Source of the DNA: a virus
Direction: 5' to 3' (one strand)
Virus record (IMG/VR): IMGVR_UViG_3300022751_000016
Span: 32,001-96,000 of that record
Length of the DNA: 64,000 bases
Below the pieces are notes generated by a model. That model had not been told where the DNA came from. It ran no database searches and saw only the letters and a program-made list of their open reading frames with translations. The position numbers and the translations under genes are program-made. Positions within the stretch are counted from its first letter, which is position 1. Every line of letters begins with the position of its first letter. Positions 41,763 to 53,429 of this stretch are shown here, one piece after another.

Positions 41763-42848
41763 ATGTTAAAGAAAATTAAAGAGAAACGCATAGAACAGTT
41801 TAAAACTGATTTTCCAGGATTTAAGGTATCAGAAAAAACAGGTTCTATTTATTGTAGAATAGGAGTAGTTGAATCAACAAAGCAAACTAAACATACAGGA
41901 AGAGCTGTTACAAAAAATACGTTATCTAAAATAGGACAACTTCAAGAGTGGAAAGTTTCTGTGGCTCGTTATGTTTATTTATTAACGCCAGCAGGAAGGC
42001 TTATGGTGAGTAAAAGCGGAGGTAATTTTAAATCAGTTGGACTTAAACAAGTAAGATTAGAAAACCCAGAATTACAAAATACATTTTTTATAGGTAAGAA
42101 GTATGAATGGTTAAAAGATTATCCTAATTTATATCCTTATAGACTATTTCAAGGTTTTAATTCATTAGGAGAAGTTAAGAAGTTCTTAGGTTTTTCTTTT
42201 ATATCAGACGAAGAATTTACTAAACTTTTCACAGCAGATTGGTTTGATTTTTTAACTCCTATGATTTTAGCTAAAGACAAGAAAAATGTAGTTAGGTTGT
42301 ATAAGAATTTAGAAACAGATGATAAGGACTTACTTAATGACTACATTAATTTGTGCCAAGAGCATAATATGGAAATAGAAATTCCTGCGGGTAAAAACAG
42401 ATTGGAAGAGTTACATACTCAAGCAGTTTGGGAAGTTAATAAAAAAACTGCTGAAAATTATTCTAAAGAAAAGCGGTATGAAATAAAAGAAGAGTTTACT
42501 GAAGTTTGGAAAGAACGCGGACTAAAATTCAAAAGATTAGAAACTCCTTATGAAATGTACGCTCAAGGAATAAAACAGCAACACTGTATAGGCACTAATT
42601 ATGCTAAAACTTTAAATAGGTATGCGTTCTACAGTTTTGAAGATAATGGCGAAAATTACGAAATGCAAATCTATGAGAACGGTAGTATAGGTCAATTTTA
42701 CGGTAGAAAAAATAAACAAGTTCCAAATTTCCTTAGAGAGAAAGTCACAAAAGATGTAAATTTAAAATATTCATTAATAGACATACAACCAGATTTAAAA
42801 AACTATCCAATGCTAAAGGAAGTTGAAGAAAGTATTTGGGATTTCTAA
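41763..42848 (+). CDS. PcfJ-like domain protein
   Basis: DYI..C......L.ELH ... EM..QG..QQHCIG..Y ... QFYGRKN. Confidence 0.65.
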   Translation: MLKKIKEKRIEQFKTDFPGFKVSEKTGSIYCRIGVVESTKQTKHTGRAVTKNTLSKIGQLQEWKVSVARYVYLLTPAGRLMVSKSGGNFKSVGLKQVRLENPELQNTFFIGKKYEWLKDYPNLYPYRLFQGFNSLGEVKKFLGFSFISDEEFTKLFTADWFDFLTPMILAKDKKNVVRLYKNLETDDKDLLNDYINLCQEHNMEIEIPAGKNRLEELHTQAVWEVNKKTAENYSKEKRYEIKEEFTEVWKERGLKFKRLETPYEMYAQGIKQQHCIGTNYAKTLNRYAFYSFEDNGENYEMQIYENGSIGQFYGRKNKQVPNFLREKVTKDVNLKYSLIDIQPDLKNYPMLKEVEESIWDF

Positions 42849-42859
42849 ATTTAGTAATG

Positions 42860-43039
42860 GTTACAGAAAAAATAACCAATTTGGAAAATAGAATGATATT
42901 AAGTATATTTGCAGGACATAATAGAAATACAAGATTTAGACTCTCACCTCTAAAATCGTAAAGATAATAAGTATAAAAACTTAGGAAACTAACGGACAGG
43001 AAAGATGGGTGAGAGCTCTTTTCGTCCGTTTTTTGTTTT
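42860..43039 (+). promoter_or_regulatory. Promoter + kissing-hairpin leader (copy B)
   Basis: TTTG (42880)-N20-TATATTTG. Loop CTCTCACC (42941-42948) is complementary to loop GGTGAGAG (43008-43015) of hairpin AACGGAC/GTCCGTT, which is followed by a U-tract. Confidence 0.72.
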
Positions 43040-43700
43040 ATATGGATTCTATTTCTGCCAATTATACGTGACTTGATGTTAATATCATCGTATATCCTTC
43101 TAATTATTTTAGTCGGCGTCAAAGGGAAGAGTGAGCTATTTAATAGTTATCTACGCCTGAGTATAGGGGAGTTTTACGCATTTATGTATACCTTTATCCT
43201 GTTGGCAATTTAATTGTTGATAGAGGTCAGTTTCTCCCCACTTCACAAAGCAGATAGTTACTAAATTAAAAAGGATTTCAGAAATTCACTTCATGCGATG
43301 GAGTAAACAAAATAACTGAGGATTCTCAAAAGGAGTCTAACTCTGAGGGCTTGGGGGCTTGCCCTATATTTATCTTAATTAATTATATCGCAATTAGTAA
43401 ATTGTTTTCACTGCAAAGCTTTAGTATGTCGCCAAAACTATAGTTCGGCGGGAAAATATATAGATAAGTAAAAGCTTATAAAAATGGCGACAGAATATAC
43501 TACTTGCAGTGGATAGGTAATTAACAGTTTTGAATGTATTACTTAGTAGTTTATGTTGTGGCGGATTTATAGATGAAGATAGGAACGTATAAAACTGAAA
43601 GTATTAATTCCGCGCCACAAAAGAATATAAGTAAACAATCACAAACTGTAAAAAAACATTATATGAATTAGCGGGTATTTTAAGGGAAACTATGTTAAAT
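43040..43700. other. Long non-coding structured region (large ncRNA or replication-origin candidate)
   Basis: No convincing ORF; two long interrupted inverted repeats at 43409-43511 and 43524-43649. Confidence 0.45.
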
Positions 43701-43735
43701 TTTAAAATTTCTCTTGTTTAATCATAAATAAGGTG

Positions 43736-43743
43736 TATATTTG
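43736..43743 (+). promoter_or_regulatory. Promoter -7 box
   Basis: TATATTTG upstream of ATG 43767. Confidence 0.6.
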
Positions 43744-43766
43744 TAAAGAATTAAAAAAGTAAAATT

Positions 43767-46700
43767 ATGAAAATAGTAAATATATTGATTGCTTTTATAG
43801 TAACTGCTTCAATTTGCGCAATAGTAGATTTAATTATAAACTATGTAATGGCAAATACCGTTGAGTGGAAAGTCTTAAGTGAGCAATTGTGGAAAATACT
43901 AATAAGTATAGGTAGAATAAGTTTAGGCTATTTTTACGGAAGTATAATTTTTAAAGAGATTTTAAAACAGTTAGAGAACTGATTATGAGTAACACAAAAA
44001 ACATTAATGTAATCACTATAAATAGTCCATTCTACTTCTTATTTGCAATAGGAACAGCAATGATAGGATATAATATTCATGACAGCATATTTTGGTCTTT
44101 TATTGACTTCTTTTTCGCGCCGTTAGTTTGGATTAAGTGGTTAATAATGCACCAAGTAAATTTATCAATAATAAAAGAGACGTTTAATTTTTTCTTAAAA
44201 TAAAATTATGAAATACTATTATTTAGCAGTCACTATAATTATAGTATCTGTATTAGCATCATTATGTTATTCGGACTATTTAAAATCGAGCAAAACAGAG
44301 AGAGAGAGAACAGGAAATAAAAAAGTTAGAATTATTAATTAAACTGAAAGAACAAAACAATGAATAAATCTTTTAAAAATAAAAGTCAAATAGCGTTAGA
44401 CGATAAACACTTCTTAATTCCAGACTCAGATTCAGGAATCATCCTTGTATTCCACGAAATTCGCCAAAGAAAAAAGAAAGACAGTGAAGAACTAGAAGAC
44501 TACGAATTCACTGACCGTTGGTATTTCACAAGAATCGTACAAAGTCTAAGAAAATACACAGAATTAACAGAGAACAGTTGTAAGACTATTGATGAAATTC
44601 TAGAAAAAGTGAAGTATAATACAGAACTTTTAGATAGGTTAGATGTTGAATTTAAACAGTTTTAATTTATGTCTGCACCACATATACATGCAATATCCTC
44701 AGCTAAAAAGTTTGGAGGTGTTATGGAAGATTATATGAATATACATGCTAAGATGGATTGTTCTAAAGCTTACTTTCCAGATAATAGGCATAGAGTGCTA
44801 ACACATACAATGTTTTGGGTTAAAGAAGTGATGATTCCTTTGTTTGGAGAAATAATAACAAATTCTGATAATAAAATAGTAAGTGTAAAAGATGTTTGTG
44901 AACAACACATTTTAGAAGACTATAGACAGAAATTTATACCAACTCCACAGGATTTTATTGAAAATATGGAATTTAAAACTTGGATGCAAAATGGGAGAGG
45001 TGTGCCAAGTTCCTCAAAATTATTATATAAACAAAAAGATTATAAACAATTAATAGAGAATTAAAAATGAGTGTACTAGAAGGAATTAAAGAAAAAATAG
45101 AAGCTATTAAAAAGCAAAAAGAAGAATTAACTTCACAGTTAAAAAAAGATTTTGCACCAATGTTACAACCGTTGTTTGAAAAATCAAATGGTAAAATTAC
45201 ATCTATTGGATGGACTCAATATACACCATATTTTATGGATGGAGACGAGTGTGTATTTTCTACAAATTTTGATATAGATTATGGATTAAGAATCAATGGA
45301 GAGACTCTAGAAGAAAGCGAAAATGTTTTTGGAAGTTCTTTATATGCTTTGAAAAAATATGGTACAGATGACTATGAATCTTGGATTAGTAAATATCCAG
45401 AGGACAAAATAAAAGAAGAAACGAGGGAATCGGATTTGGCTTTATATTCACTTATAACTGAATTTCAGGAACTTCTAATCTCTATTGAAGATGAATTTTA
45501 CAGAGATTTATTTGGAGACCACGTAGAAGTAACTGTAAAAGCAGATGGGACAGTAGAAACAGAAGAATATGACCACGATTAATTATGAAAATACTATACG
45601 ACAAATATAAGTTCAAGTCAGTGAAATATGACGGAGGAATAGAAGGAATTATTGTGGGTTTTTGCGACAATAATTTGATTGCCACATGTGAAGAAGGTTG
45701 TAACCCCTCATATTCATTTCGCCGCCTAGATAAAAACACATTCATTGACGAAAAATATCGTGACACTAAGTACAGATACTTCTATGTAACTGAATCAACA
45801 ATGCTTAAACAACACCCAAAGATTAAATGAAACTAACTCCTTACCAAGCACACCACCAAAAAAATCCTGAAAAAGAAACAAGAGTAGAATATTTTACTTT
45901 AAAAAAAGTAAGTAAGGAAACTGGAATTTCAATTTCGATTTTAAATAAGAGAGGTTGGAAATTAGGGTTGAAAGGGAAATGCTTGGGAAAAGGGAGTACT
46001 ATGTATTATACAAAAACTCAAATAAATAAGATGCTGGCTTACGTCAAAACTCCTAAATCCATAGATTCCTGCAAAATAACTATAATAGAATTATATCAGA
46101 AAAATCAAATAGGAAGGGATATTGCTAAGTACATGAAAATAAGTGTAAAAACTACCTATGATTGTATTAGAGAGTATAATGAAACAGGCTGTGTGACAGT
46201 AGAAAGTAAAATAAATAAATTATATGAATGACACAATGGCTCTGCTAGACACAGTAATTACACTTCAAATGTCGGCAGAGAATTTAGATAGGCTACAACG
46301 AACACCATTCAACAAACAAAAAATAAAAACATTAATAAAACAACTGTTAAAAGAAGTTGACCCAATAGTACAAAAGAATTACAATAAGATTTTCGGTATA
46401 GATGCGGAAACAACACTTTCAATTATTTCAGAATATGAGAGACATGTTAAATACTTGGCTCCTCTGGATATCCCTGATAAGATAGCAAATTGTCAATTCA
46501 CAGAAGCGTGGAATAAGGATAGAAAGACAATTGAAAGTACCATGCATAGGATTATTAATAAGCCCTCACAAAAATAGTTGAATATTTCCTTTTTTATTAC
46601 GTTTATTTGGTCTATCTTTGTCGGACAATAGAGCGAGAGCGTAAAATTAGAATTATGATAACACACAAATACTTCATAGCTTGCATAAAAATAGCAGGTG

Positions 46701-47597
46701 TAGATTATTACAAATTAATGAGAGAAACTTTTTTCTGTGGATTTTATTTGTGGCAAAAAGAATTTAAAGAAGAGTACTCAACAGTAGAAGAGATAAGAAC
46801 AGAAATAGAGAGATTGGAGAATGATTAAAAAGCGTAACACATGAAAAACATAACAACATTTTTACTCGGAGGACTAGTATTTATATCCTTCGCAGCGGCA
46901 ACAACAAATATAATGACTGTTAAGCCTGCAACTCCTAAACAAACATTAGTTAAAGATTTCTGGGGTGCATACGGAATTGAAAAAGAAATGCAAAAGTATA
47001 TCACTTTACAAGTAAAAGGCGGATTTATAGTGAAAGGGTTTACTCTAGACTCAGAAGAGAATGGTTATCAAAGAGGATTAGTAGTAATGGAAAAATATTA
47101 AAAGTGGAAAATAAAAACTTAAACAAGAGACCCTTTAATTCAGAATCCGAAGCTCGTGCAGAACTAGAACGTATACTAACAACTCAGCACAAGCCATGGT
47201 CAAAAAATGATGTAAAACCTTGTCGATATTATCACGATAAAGAATTAGATAAATGGTTTTTAACAAGCAATATAACAATAGTAGAATACCCTAAAAAATA
47301 AACAATTAAATATAAAACAACATGAACAGAAAAGAGTTATTATCAGCGAATTTAAGTGAAGAGAAAAATGTAACAACAGTAGTTACTAACACATTAGCAA
47401 AAGATGCTAAATTTATTAAGAAAGCTAAAAGAGATTTAGAAGACCAAATCGAAGATGCAGAAGAAAAACTAGAGGAAAGACTATCTTCTAACACGCCTTT
47501 AGATAAATCTGTAGTAGAAGTACTTTATGATAGTTTAATAGGATTAAAAGCTACTTTAGCTTTATATGAAAAATTTGAGAAAGAAGTATTAGCCTAA
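43767..47597 (+). other. Array of hypothetical CDSs including membrane proteins (43767, 43985), His-rich DUF6915-like 44669-45064, acidic 45067-45582 and HTH-like 45827-46231
   Basis: ORF track. 44669 has HIHAISSAKKFGG...RHRVLTH...EQHILED; promoter box TATCTTTG at 46613-46620. Confidence 0.65.
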
Positions 47598-47601
47598 CAC
47601 T

Positions 47602-48378
47602 ATGAGTAGAAGAAAAACTCCATTATTAAGTATACCTTCCTTGGCAGAAATGCAACAGGGAGGAGTATATAAATTTACAAACTCTATTAATGATTTTACC
47701 TATATTGGGAGTTGTAAAAAGTTCTCAGATAGATTAGCGGGGCATATTTGCGATTCTAAACGAGGCAAAGCAAATAGATATTTAATAGAGTTTGTAAATG
47801 ATTTTGGATGGGAAACTATTTCTTTTGAAATATTGGAAGTAGTTGAAGATTTCTCTTTATTAAAAACGCGGGAGAATCATTGGATAGGACTTTTTGATTT
47901 TAATTTATTATGGAATTGTGCACCAAAAGCAGACACTTTAGTAGGGACTAAGATGCCTTTGACACATAAAATTAAGAGTTCTGAAAGAATGAAAGGTAAT
48001 ACACTTAGCGTAGGTTATGTTCACTCTAAGGAGAAGGGTATAAAATGCGCAAAGTATTGGGAAGAGCACCCAAAAGAGAAGGAAGAAATGATTTCTAAAA
48101 ATAAAGAATCGCAGTCTAAGGTAGATAGGAGTTCTTGGGAAAAAGGAAAGATTATAGAAGTTTATTATGAAAAAGTCTTGATTGATACAGTAGAGGGATT
48201 AAAAAATGTAGAGACAAAATACAATTTAGGACATACCTATGCGAGTAAAATGTTACAAGGTAAGAAACCACCATTGAGGGGTTACTTTTTAAAAACAATA
48301 GGTTCTTATTTTATATCTGATAAAGTCTATATCAGAAGATATTTAAATGGAAAAGAAATAATAGAAAATAAATTATGA
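47602..48378 (+). CDS. GIY-YIG homing endonuclease with NUMOD3-like repeats
   Basis: GVYKFTN....TYIGS....RL..H, E ILE, REN.WI, N; followed by GTKMP..HK.K.SE.MKG repeats. Confidence 0.85.
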   Translation: MSRRKTPLLSIPSLAEMQQGGVYKFTNSINDFTYIGSCKKFSDRLAGHICDSKRGKANRYLIEFVNDFGWETISFEILEVVEDFSLLKTRENHWIGLFDFNLLWNCAPKADTLVGTKMPLTHKIKSSERMKGNTLSVGYVHSKEKGIKCAKYWEEHPKEKEEMISKNKESQSKVDRSSWEKGKIIEVYYEKVLIDTVEGLKNVETKYNLGHTYASKMLQGKKPPLRGYFLKTIGSYFISDKVYIRRYLNGKEIIENKL

Positions 48379-49724
48379 AATCAATACATTTTGTTACACC
48401 AACTTTACTTTCTCATTTGGATTTATTTTCTATGGGAGGTTCTGAAAAAGCTGAAGATACTAGTAAAATAGGAAGATACAATTCAGGACTATGTTATTCT
48501 ATGGCATTATCTTTAAGGAATAATATAGACATGTCTGTACGAGTGTTTGATACAGAATATGAGTCGGAAGGTCACGATAGAGCAAGGGAAACTTTATACA
48601 CTATTGACACCTACACTGAAATTTGTGAACAAACAGATAAAGAAAAAGAATTAATACAACTTAGTAAATCAGTTTCAAAACAATCTTTTTTCTCAGTTCA
48701 CTGTGATGATTACGGTGGTGGAGATTTCCCAGAAGAGATTATTCCAACAGGATTCTCAGTTAAAATGGGAATAGGATGGGATTTGTGGATGGTCTTGAGA
48801 GAAATCTTCTCTAATATGATTGATGAGAATGGAAATTACTATGAAGACACTTGTCCTGAAATTAAGTACGGAACAGTTTTTACATTAAGATTTGAAGATA
48901 GTTCAGAATTTGCAGAAATATGGAACAATCGTCATTTGTATATTAATGAAAAGCCACCTTTATACATCATTTCCGATACAGTTGAAGTATTAGAAAATGA
49001 AGAGGGATTTTTAAGAATTTACAAGCAAAACATATTAGTTTATAAAGATGAGAAAGTTCCAAGTAAGTTTGCGTATAATCTTAAATTCGGCGAAATAGAC
49101 GAAAAAAGAATTTTATCTAATATTTGGAGTGTTTCCAGTGATATTGTATATGCCATAAAAAATACAAAAAATGAAAATTACTTAAGAGAGATTATAACTG
49201 TTGATTTTGAAGATAAATTTCTTTCAGATAAAAGTGTCTATGGAACAGCTTCTGATTTAGCTCATAGCATAGCTTGTGAAATCTATAATAAATTCGGAGA
49301 AGTTAAAACATATCCTTGGTTGCTGAATTCTATTAAGGAAAGAAGTGATTGTGGAATTGGTGAGAAAAGAATCCAAAGCATAGGAGATAGTGTTTATAGT
49401 TATTCAAATACAGTAACTGTAACTTCTATTCCAGAGCCTTTTGCCGAACCATCTATTGAAGTTGAGGGAGAAGTATTTATAGACCCTTTTTCCGCGGAAA
49501 TAAAAAAACATTATAACTTTGAATTAGATGTAGAAGTTAGAAAAGCTAAATTACGTGGGAATAAGGTTATAGCAGATAAGTTTGAAAAGTGTCTGATTGT
49601 AGACGAAAGTTTTGATGTAGAAAAATACTTTGGAGAGTTCATAATTCAATATTTAGATTTAACTGTTGAAGGAAATGTAATTAAGAATTTAGGAGAGTAT
49701 ATTTGTAATTTATTGAAGAAATGA
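48375..49724 (+). CDS. GHKL/HATPase-like ATPase with permuted motif order
   Basis: G-box-like SEK....KIGRYNSGL precedes N-box-like W..WMVLREIFSNMIDE. Confidence 0.55.
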   Translation: MKSIHFVTPTLLSHLDLFSMGGSEKAEDTSKIGRYNSGLCYSMALSLRNNIDMSVRVFDTEYESEGHDRARETLYTIDTYTEICEQTDKEKELIQLSKSVSKQSFFSVHCDDYGGGDFPEEIIPTGFSVKMGIGWDLWMVLREIFSNMIDENGNYYEDTCPEIKYGTVFTLRFEDSSEFAEIWNNRHLYINEKPPLYIISDTVEVLENEEGFLRIYKQNILVYKDEKVPSKFAYNLKFGEIDEKRILSNIWSVSSDIVYAIKNTKNENYLREIITVDFEDKFLSDKSVYGTASDLAHSIACEIYNKFGEVKTYPWLLNSIKERSDCGIGEKRIQSIGDSVYSYSNTVTVTSIPEPFAEPSIEVEGEVFIDPFSAEIKKHYNFELDVEVRKAKLRGNKVIADKFEKCLIVDESFDVEKYFGEFIIQYLDLTVEGNVIKNLGEYICNLLKK

Positions 49725-50220
49725 AAAAAGAACTGTTTATAGAATGCGAATGTCACGGAGAGATTATTAAGCTAGATAAGTTTGATGACGAAGAAGAAAT
49801 CTATTTAACTATATACAAATATTATTTTCCTAAATCTTCTTTTTGGCGCAGAATAAAAGCCGCGATAAGAGTATTAAAAGGAGAAGGAGTAAGAACAGCA
49901 GATATAGTATTAAGTAAAGAGAGTTTTAATAAAATTAAGAAGTTTAAATGAGCTTATGAAACAGAAGATAACAAAACTTTTAGGTACTATACACTGCGAT
50001 GAGTTAGATAAACTAACATTGGAAGAGGTAGTAGAAGTACTCACTAGAGTAATGCAACCTAATAGTAAATTAGATTATGACTATGATGGAACTTTCTATG
50101 TACAACTTAGTAGAGAAGAGACAGACGATGAATATAATCATAGAATTAATGCCGAAAATGTCGCGAAAGAAAGATTAAAACAGAAAGAATTAGAAACATT
50201 AAGACAGTTAAAAGAGAAGT

Positions 50221-50604
50221 ATGAAGGAACAAATAAATAATCTAGTAAAAGATGTCCACACTAAAAATGTAGAAGCTGGATGGTGGAATGACCCTGAAAC
50301 AGGGGAAAGCCTACTAAACCATAAATTCACTCCTTATGTAATAGGAACTAAGTTAATGTTAACCGTAACAGAACTTGCAGAAGCAACAGAGGGTTATAGA
50401 AAAGATTTAATGGATGATAAACTTCCTCACAGAAAAATGATTGATGTAGAATTAGCAGATGCTGTTATTAGAATATTAGATTTAGCTGGAGCTGTCGGTT
50501 GTAATGACTTGGGCGATATTATTGAGGAAAAGAGGGAAATGAATAGAACAAGACCTGACCATCAAGTAGTTAACAGATTGAAAGTTGGCGGAAAAAAGTT
50601 CTAA
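50221..50604 (+). CDS. MazG-like NTP pyrophosphohydrolase
   Basis: KLML.VTELAEATEGYRK...VELADAVIRILDLAG...EK...N..R. Confidence 0.85.
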   Translation: MKEQINNLVKDVHTKNVEAGWWNDPETGESLLNHKFTPYVIGTKLMLTVTELAEATEGYRKDLMDDKLPHRKMIDVELADAVIRILDLAGAVGCNDLGDIIEEKREMNRTRPDHQVVNRLKVGGKKF

Positions 50605-50710
50605 AAATGAAACTAAAACTCATTGGTTTAATAGGGGTAGTTCCTTATTTATTTTTAGGATTAATTTGTTGGGGAGTTTTTAGAATAATTAACTATTTAA
50701 TTAGAATATT

Positions 50711-51220
50711 TTGGTAATAGATAGAGTATGGGCAATGCCAAGTAAGAATACATTTGATATAAAACCTATCAAAGAGTTAATAGAGAGGTATAATGCAGAC
50801 ATAAATAAACTAAGTGTAGACCCCTTTGCCAATAAAAATAGAATAGCAAACGTTACAAATGATTTAGACCCTCAATATGATACCACTTACAATATAGATG
50901 CTATAGATTTCTTAAAATTGTTTAAAGATAGTTCGGTCGATTTAATTCTTTTCGACCCGCCATATTCTCCAAGACAAGTTTCAGAGTCTTACAAGAAATT
51001 AGGAATGTCTGTTAATATGCAAACTACACAATCTAGTTTTTGGGGAAATCTTAAAAAAGAAGTTGGTAGAGTAACTAAGAAAGATGGAGTTGTCATATCA
51101 TTTGGTTGGAATTCAGGCGGAATGGGTAAATCAAACGGTTTTGAAATTATTGAAATATTATTAGTACCTCACGGCGGAAACCACAATGATACTATAGTAA
51201 CAGTAGAAAGAAAATTATAA
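50711..51220 (+). CDS. Small DNA adenine/N4-cytosine methyltransferase
   Basis: VDPFA, DA.DFL, FDPPYS catalytic motif. Confidence 0.8.
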   Translation: MVIDRVWAMPSKNTFDIKPIKELIERYNADINKLSVDPFANKNRIANVTNDLDPQYDTTYNIDAIDFLKLFKDSSVDLILFDPPYSPRQVSESYKKLGMSVNMQTTQSSFWGNLKKEVGRVTKKDGVVISFGWNSGGMGKSNGFEIIEILLVPHGGNHNDTIVTVERKL

Positions 51221-51618
51221 TTATGGTAAAAGGAAAAATCACTTTCGACATGTCAGACCCAGATGACAGAAAAGCTTATTTAAGATGTTTTAAATCATTA
51301 GATATGGCTTTAGTACTTTGGAAATTTTCGCGGCAAACAAAGAAAGAAATAGAACAAGAGTTTGAAAATAACACTATGGCAAATGAAGATGCTTATAGTG
51401 GTGCTCAACAAGTTTTTAATAAATTTAATGAGTTGTTGGATGAATATGGGATAAATATTGAGGAACTTGTAGATTAAAAAGCATGAAAAAAATTTCTAGA
51501 GTGGAAGTAATTGACCACAGTAAAGATGGTGAAGGAAGGGCTTATATTAAACGAGGTAATTTTGAAGTGGAGATACAAGTTCAAGATGATGGTAAAACTT
51601 TGAAAATTTTTTTGTCAG

Positions 51619-52206
51619 ATGGAGAACATTAACTTTGAGCTATATAAAAAGTATCAGTTAGAAGCATCTGATTTATTCTATCTTTTCGCCGCAAAACAAG
51701 TTAAAAAAGAGGTATTGGAGCATATACCACAAGATGTTTTAAAGCGTTTAGAGATATCATATCTAATAAAAAGTATAAAGGGTTCAGCAAAAGAAAATCC
51801 TCTCCATAAACTAAGAATAACAGATAAAGGAAAAAAACTACTAGTTGAGCCAATTGGAGGTGAAGATGAAGACAAGCTTTTTATGTGGTTAGCTAATTAC
51901 TACACGGAAAGAGGTAAGGAGATAGGAAATCCCAATAGAGTGAAGAAGCTTTTATTATGGTTCAAACAAGAAACAGGTATAGAGAAGAATGCGTTAGTAA
52001 AACTTTTTATGCATTTTTTAAATGATGATTATGTTAATGAAGAGTCTCGAGTATTGGAGTTTACACTGTTTTATCCTAAGAAATTTACAACAGACAAAGG
52101 AAAATCTATAGCTTATGAAGCAAAACCTGATATTTTTGACTCTTGGCTCTACAAACACTACCTTAAATATAAAGAGGAATTAGACCCCATATTAGAAATA
52201 GAATAA
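51619..52206 (+). CDS. Hypothetical replication-associated protein (wHTH-like)
   Basis: LRITDKGKKLL wing-like motif; directly upstream of the helicase. Confidence 0.35.
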   Translation: MENINFELYKKYQLEASDLFYLFAAKQVKKEVLEHIPQDVLKRLEISYLIKSIKGSAKENPLHKLRITDKGKKLLVEPIGGEDEDKLFMWLANYYTERGKEIGNPNRVKKLLLWFKQETGIEKNALVKLFMHFLNDDYVNEESRVLEFTLFYPKKFTTDKGKSIAYEAKPDIFDSWLYKHYLKYKEELDPILEIE

Positions 52207-52221
52207 CATATAAAACTTACA

Positions 52222-53343
52222 ATGCAAATACAGAAATTTAAAGACCTAACAGAACAAGCTTTTACAGAAATAAAAAAGTACCAGACAGGACAAAAAGGTA
52301 TAGTAAAAACAGGACTTCCGTATTTCGACGATTTGTTTCCAGTTGTAAATGGTTCAGTTATTGTGTATTCTGCGGGTTCTGGAATAGGTAAGAGTTTTCA
52401 GTTAGCTAAAATGACGGATAACATTTTAAATAAGGAGTTGAATCCTACGTGTGATGATTTTGTGGTTTTACATATTTCATTAGAAATGCGAGTCATGTCT
52501 CTGATTTTAAGAGGATTATCCAAAAATATTAAAGCTAAAACAAAAAAACAGATTCTTTTAGAAGAGTTTACAGAAGAAGAAAAAGAGCTTGCTAATAAAT
52601 ATTTCATTTCCCTGCAAGATGATAGAGTGAGTATTTCGCAAGTACCTACTACACCTAAAAAATTTTATGAAGGGTGTAAACAATATTTAGAAGATAACAA
52701 ACACCGAGCATCAGCTATCATAACTGTTGACCATTTAGCTCTCGTACAAGGGGATAATGGAGAACCAAAAAATAGTGTTATTGAACACTTTATTGAAAAG
52801 ATTGTAGACTTAAAAATGCAATATGAGAATGCTATATTTATACTCTTATCTCAAACTAATTCAGAAATGGCTAAAAGGGCGGCAGATAAGAATATAATGT
52901 CACAACCTACTGCCAGTGATATCTATTATTCACAGTTTACTTTTCAGGTTGCAGATTATGTAGCTATTATGATTAGTCCAATGAAACTCGGAATAAAGGA
53001 GTATTCAAAGATTGACCCTGAACGTTATCCTAATTTAAGTAAATACTTTTTAGAGGAAGATAAGAATGGTCGTGTTTCATTAGAGACGTATTCTGTTAAT
53101 TATGTACACTTACTAAAATGTCGCGAGGCGGAAGGTTTATATTTAGATATCTATGCAGAGGAGATGTATATACCAAACGCAGAAAAAGAACGAGAAGCAA
53201 GAAAAAAAGAAAACAAACCTAAATTCTCCACCTCAATACCAGTTTTTAACACCACTATAGAAATAGAAAAAATGCCTCCTGTAACTTTGAAAAGTTTAAA
53301 CGATGCTTTTGACATACCGAAAACTAAAGATGAGCCATTCTAA
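52222..53343 (+). CDS. dnaB: DnaB-like (SF4) replicative helicase
   Basis: TG...FD, Walker A AGSGIGKS, ISLEM, VDHL.L, LSQTN, QVADYV, LKCR. Confidence 0.85.
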   Translation: MQIQKFKDLTEQAFTEIKKYQTGQKGIVKTGLPYFDDLFPVVNGSVIVYSAGSGIGKSFQLAKMTDNILNKELNPTCDDFVVLHISLEMRVMSLILRGLSKNIKAKTKKQILLEEFTEEEKELANKYFISLQDDRVSISQVPTTPKKFYEGCKQYLEDNKHRASAIITVDHLALVQGDNGEPKNSVIEHFIEKIVDLKMQYENAIFILLSQTNSEMAKRAADKNIMSQPTASDIYYSQFTFQVADYVAIMISPMKLGIKEYSKIDPERYPNLSKYFLEEDKNGRVSLETYSVNYVHLLKCREAEGLYLDIYAEEMYIPNAEKEREARKKENKPKFSTSIPVFNTTIEIEKMPPVTLKSLNDAFDIPKTKDEPF

Positions 53344-53356
53344 ACCTACTAATATG

Positions 53357-53388
53357 TTCCCATTTGTTAATTCAGGTGGGAATTTTTT
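53357..53388 (+). terminator. Rho-independent terminator
   Basis: TTCCCATTTG...CAGGTGGGAA followed by T6. Confidence 0.7.
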
Positions 53389-53429
53389 CTGCGAAAATAA
53401 GTGCAACGAGAAAATATTTGCAGAAAAGT

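Noticed and set aside
43076-43213. 45-codon hydrophobic ORF (MLISSYILL...) in the non-coding region
   Set aside because: Atypical codon usage and no A-rich initiation context like that of neighbouring genes; cannot be supported without ribosome profiling.
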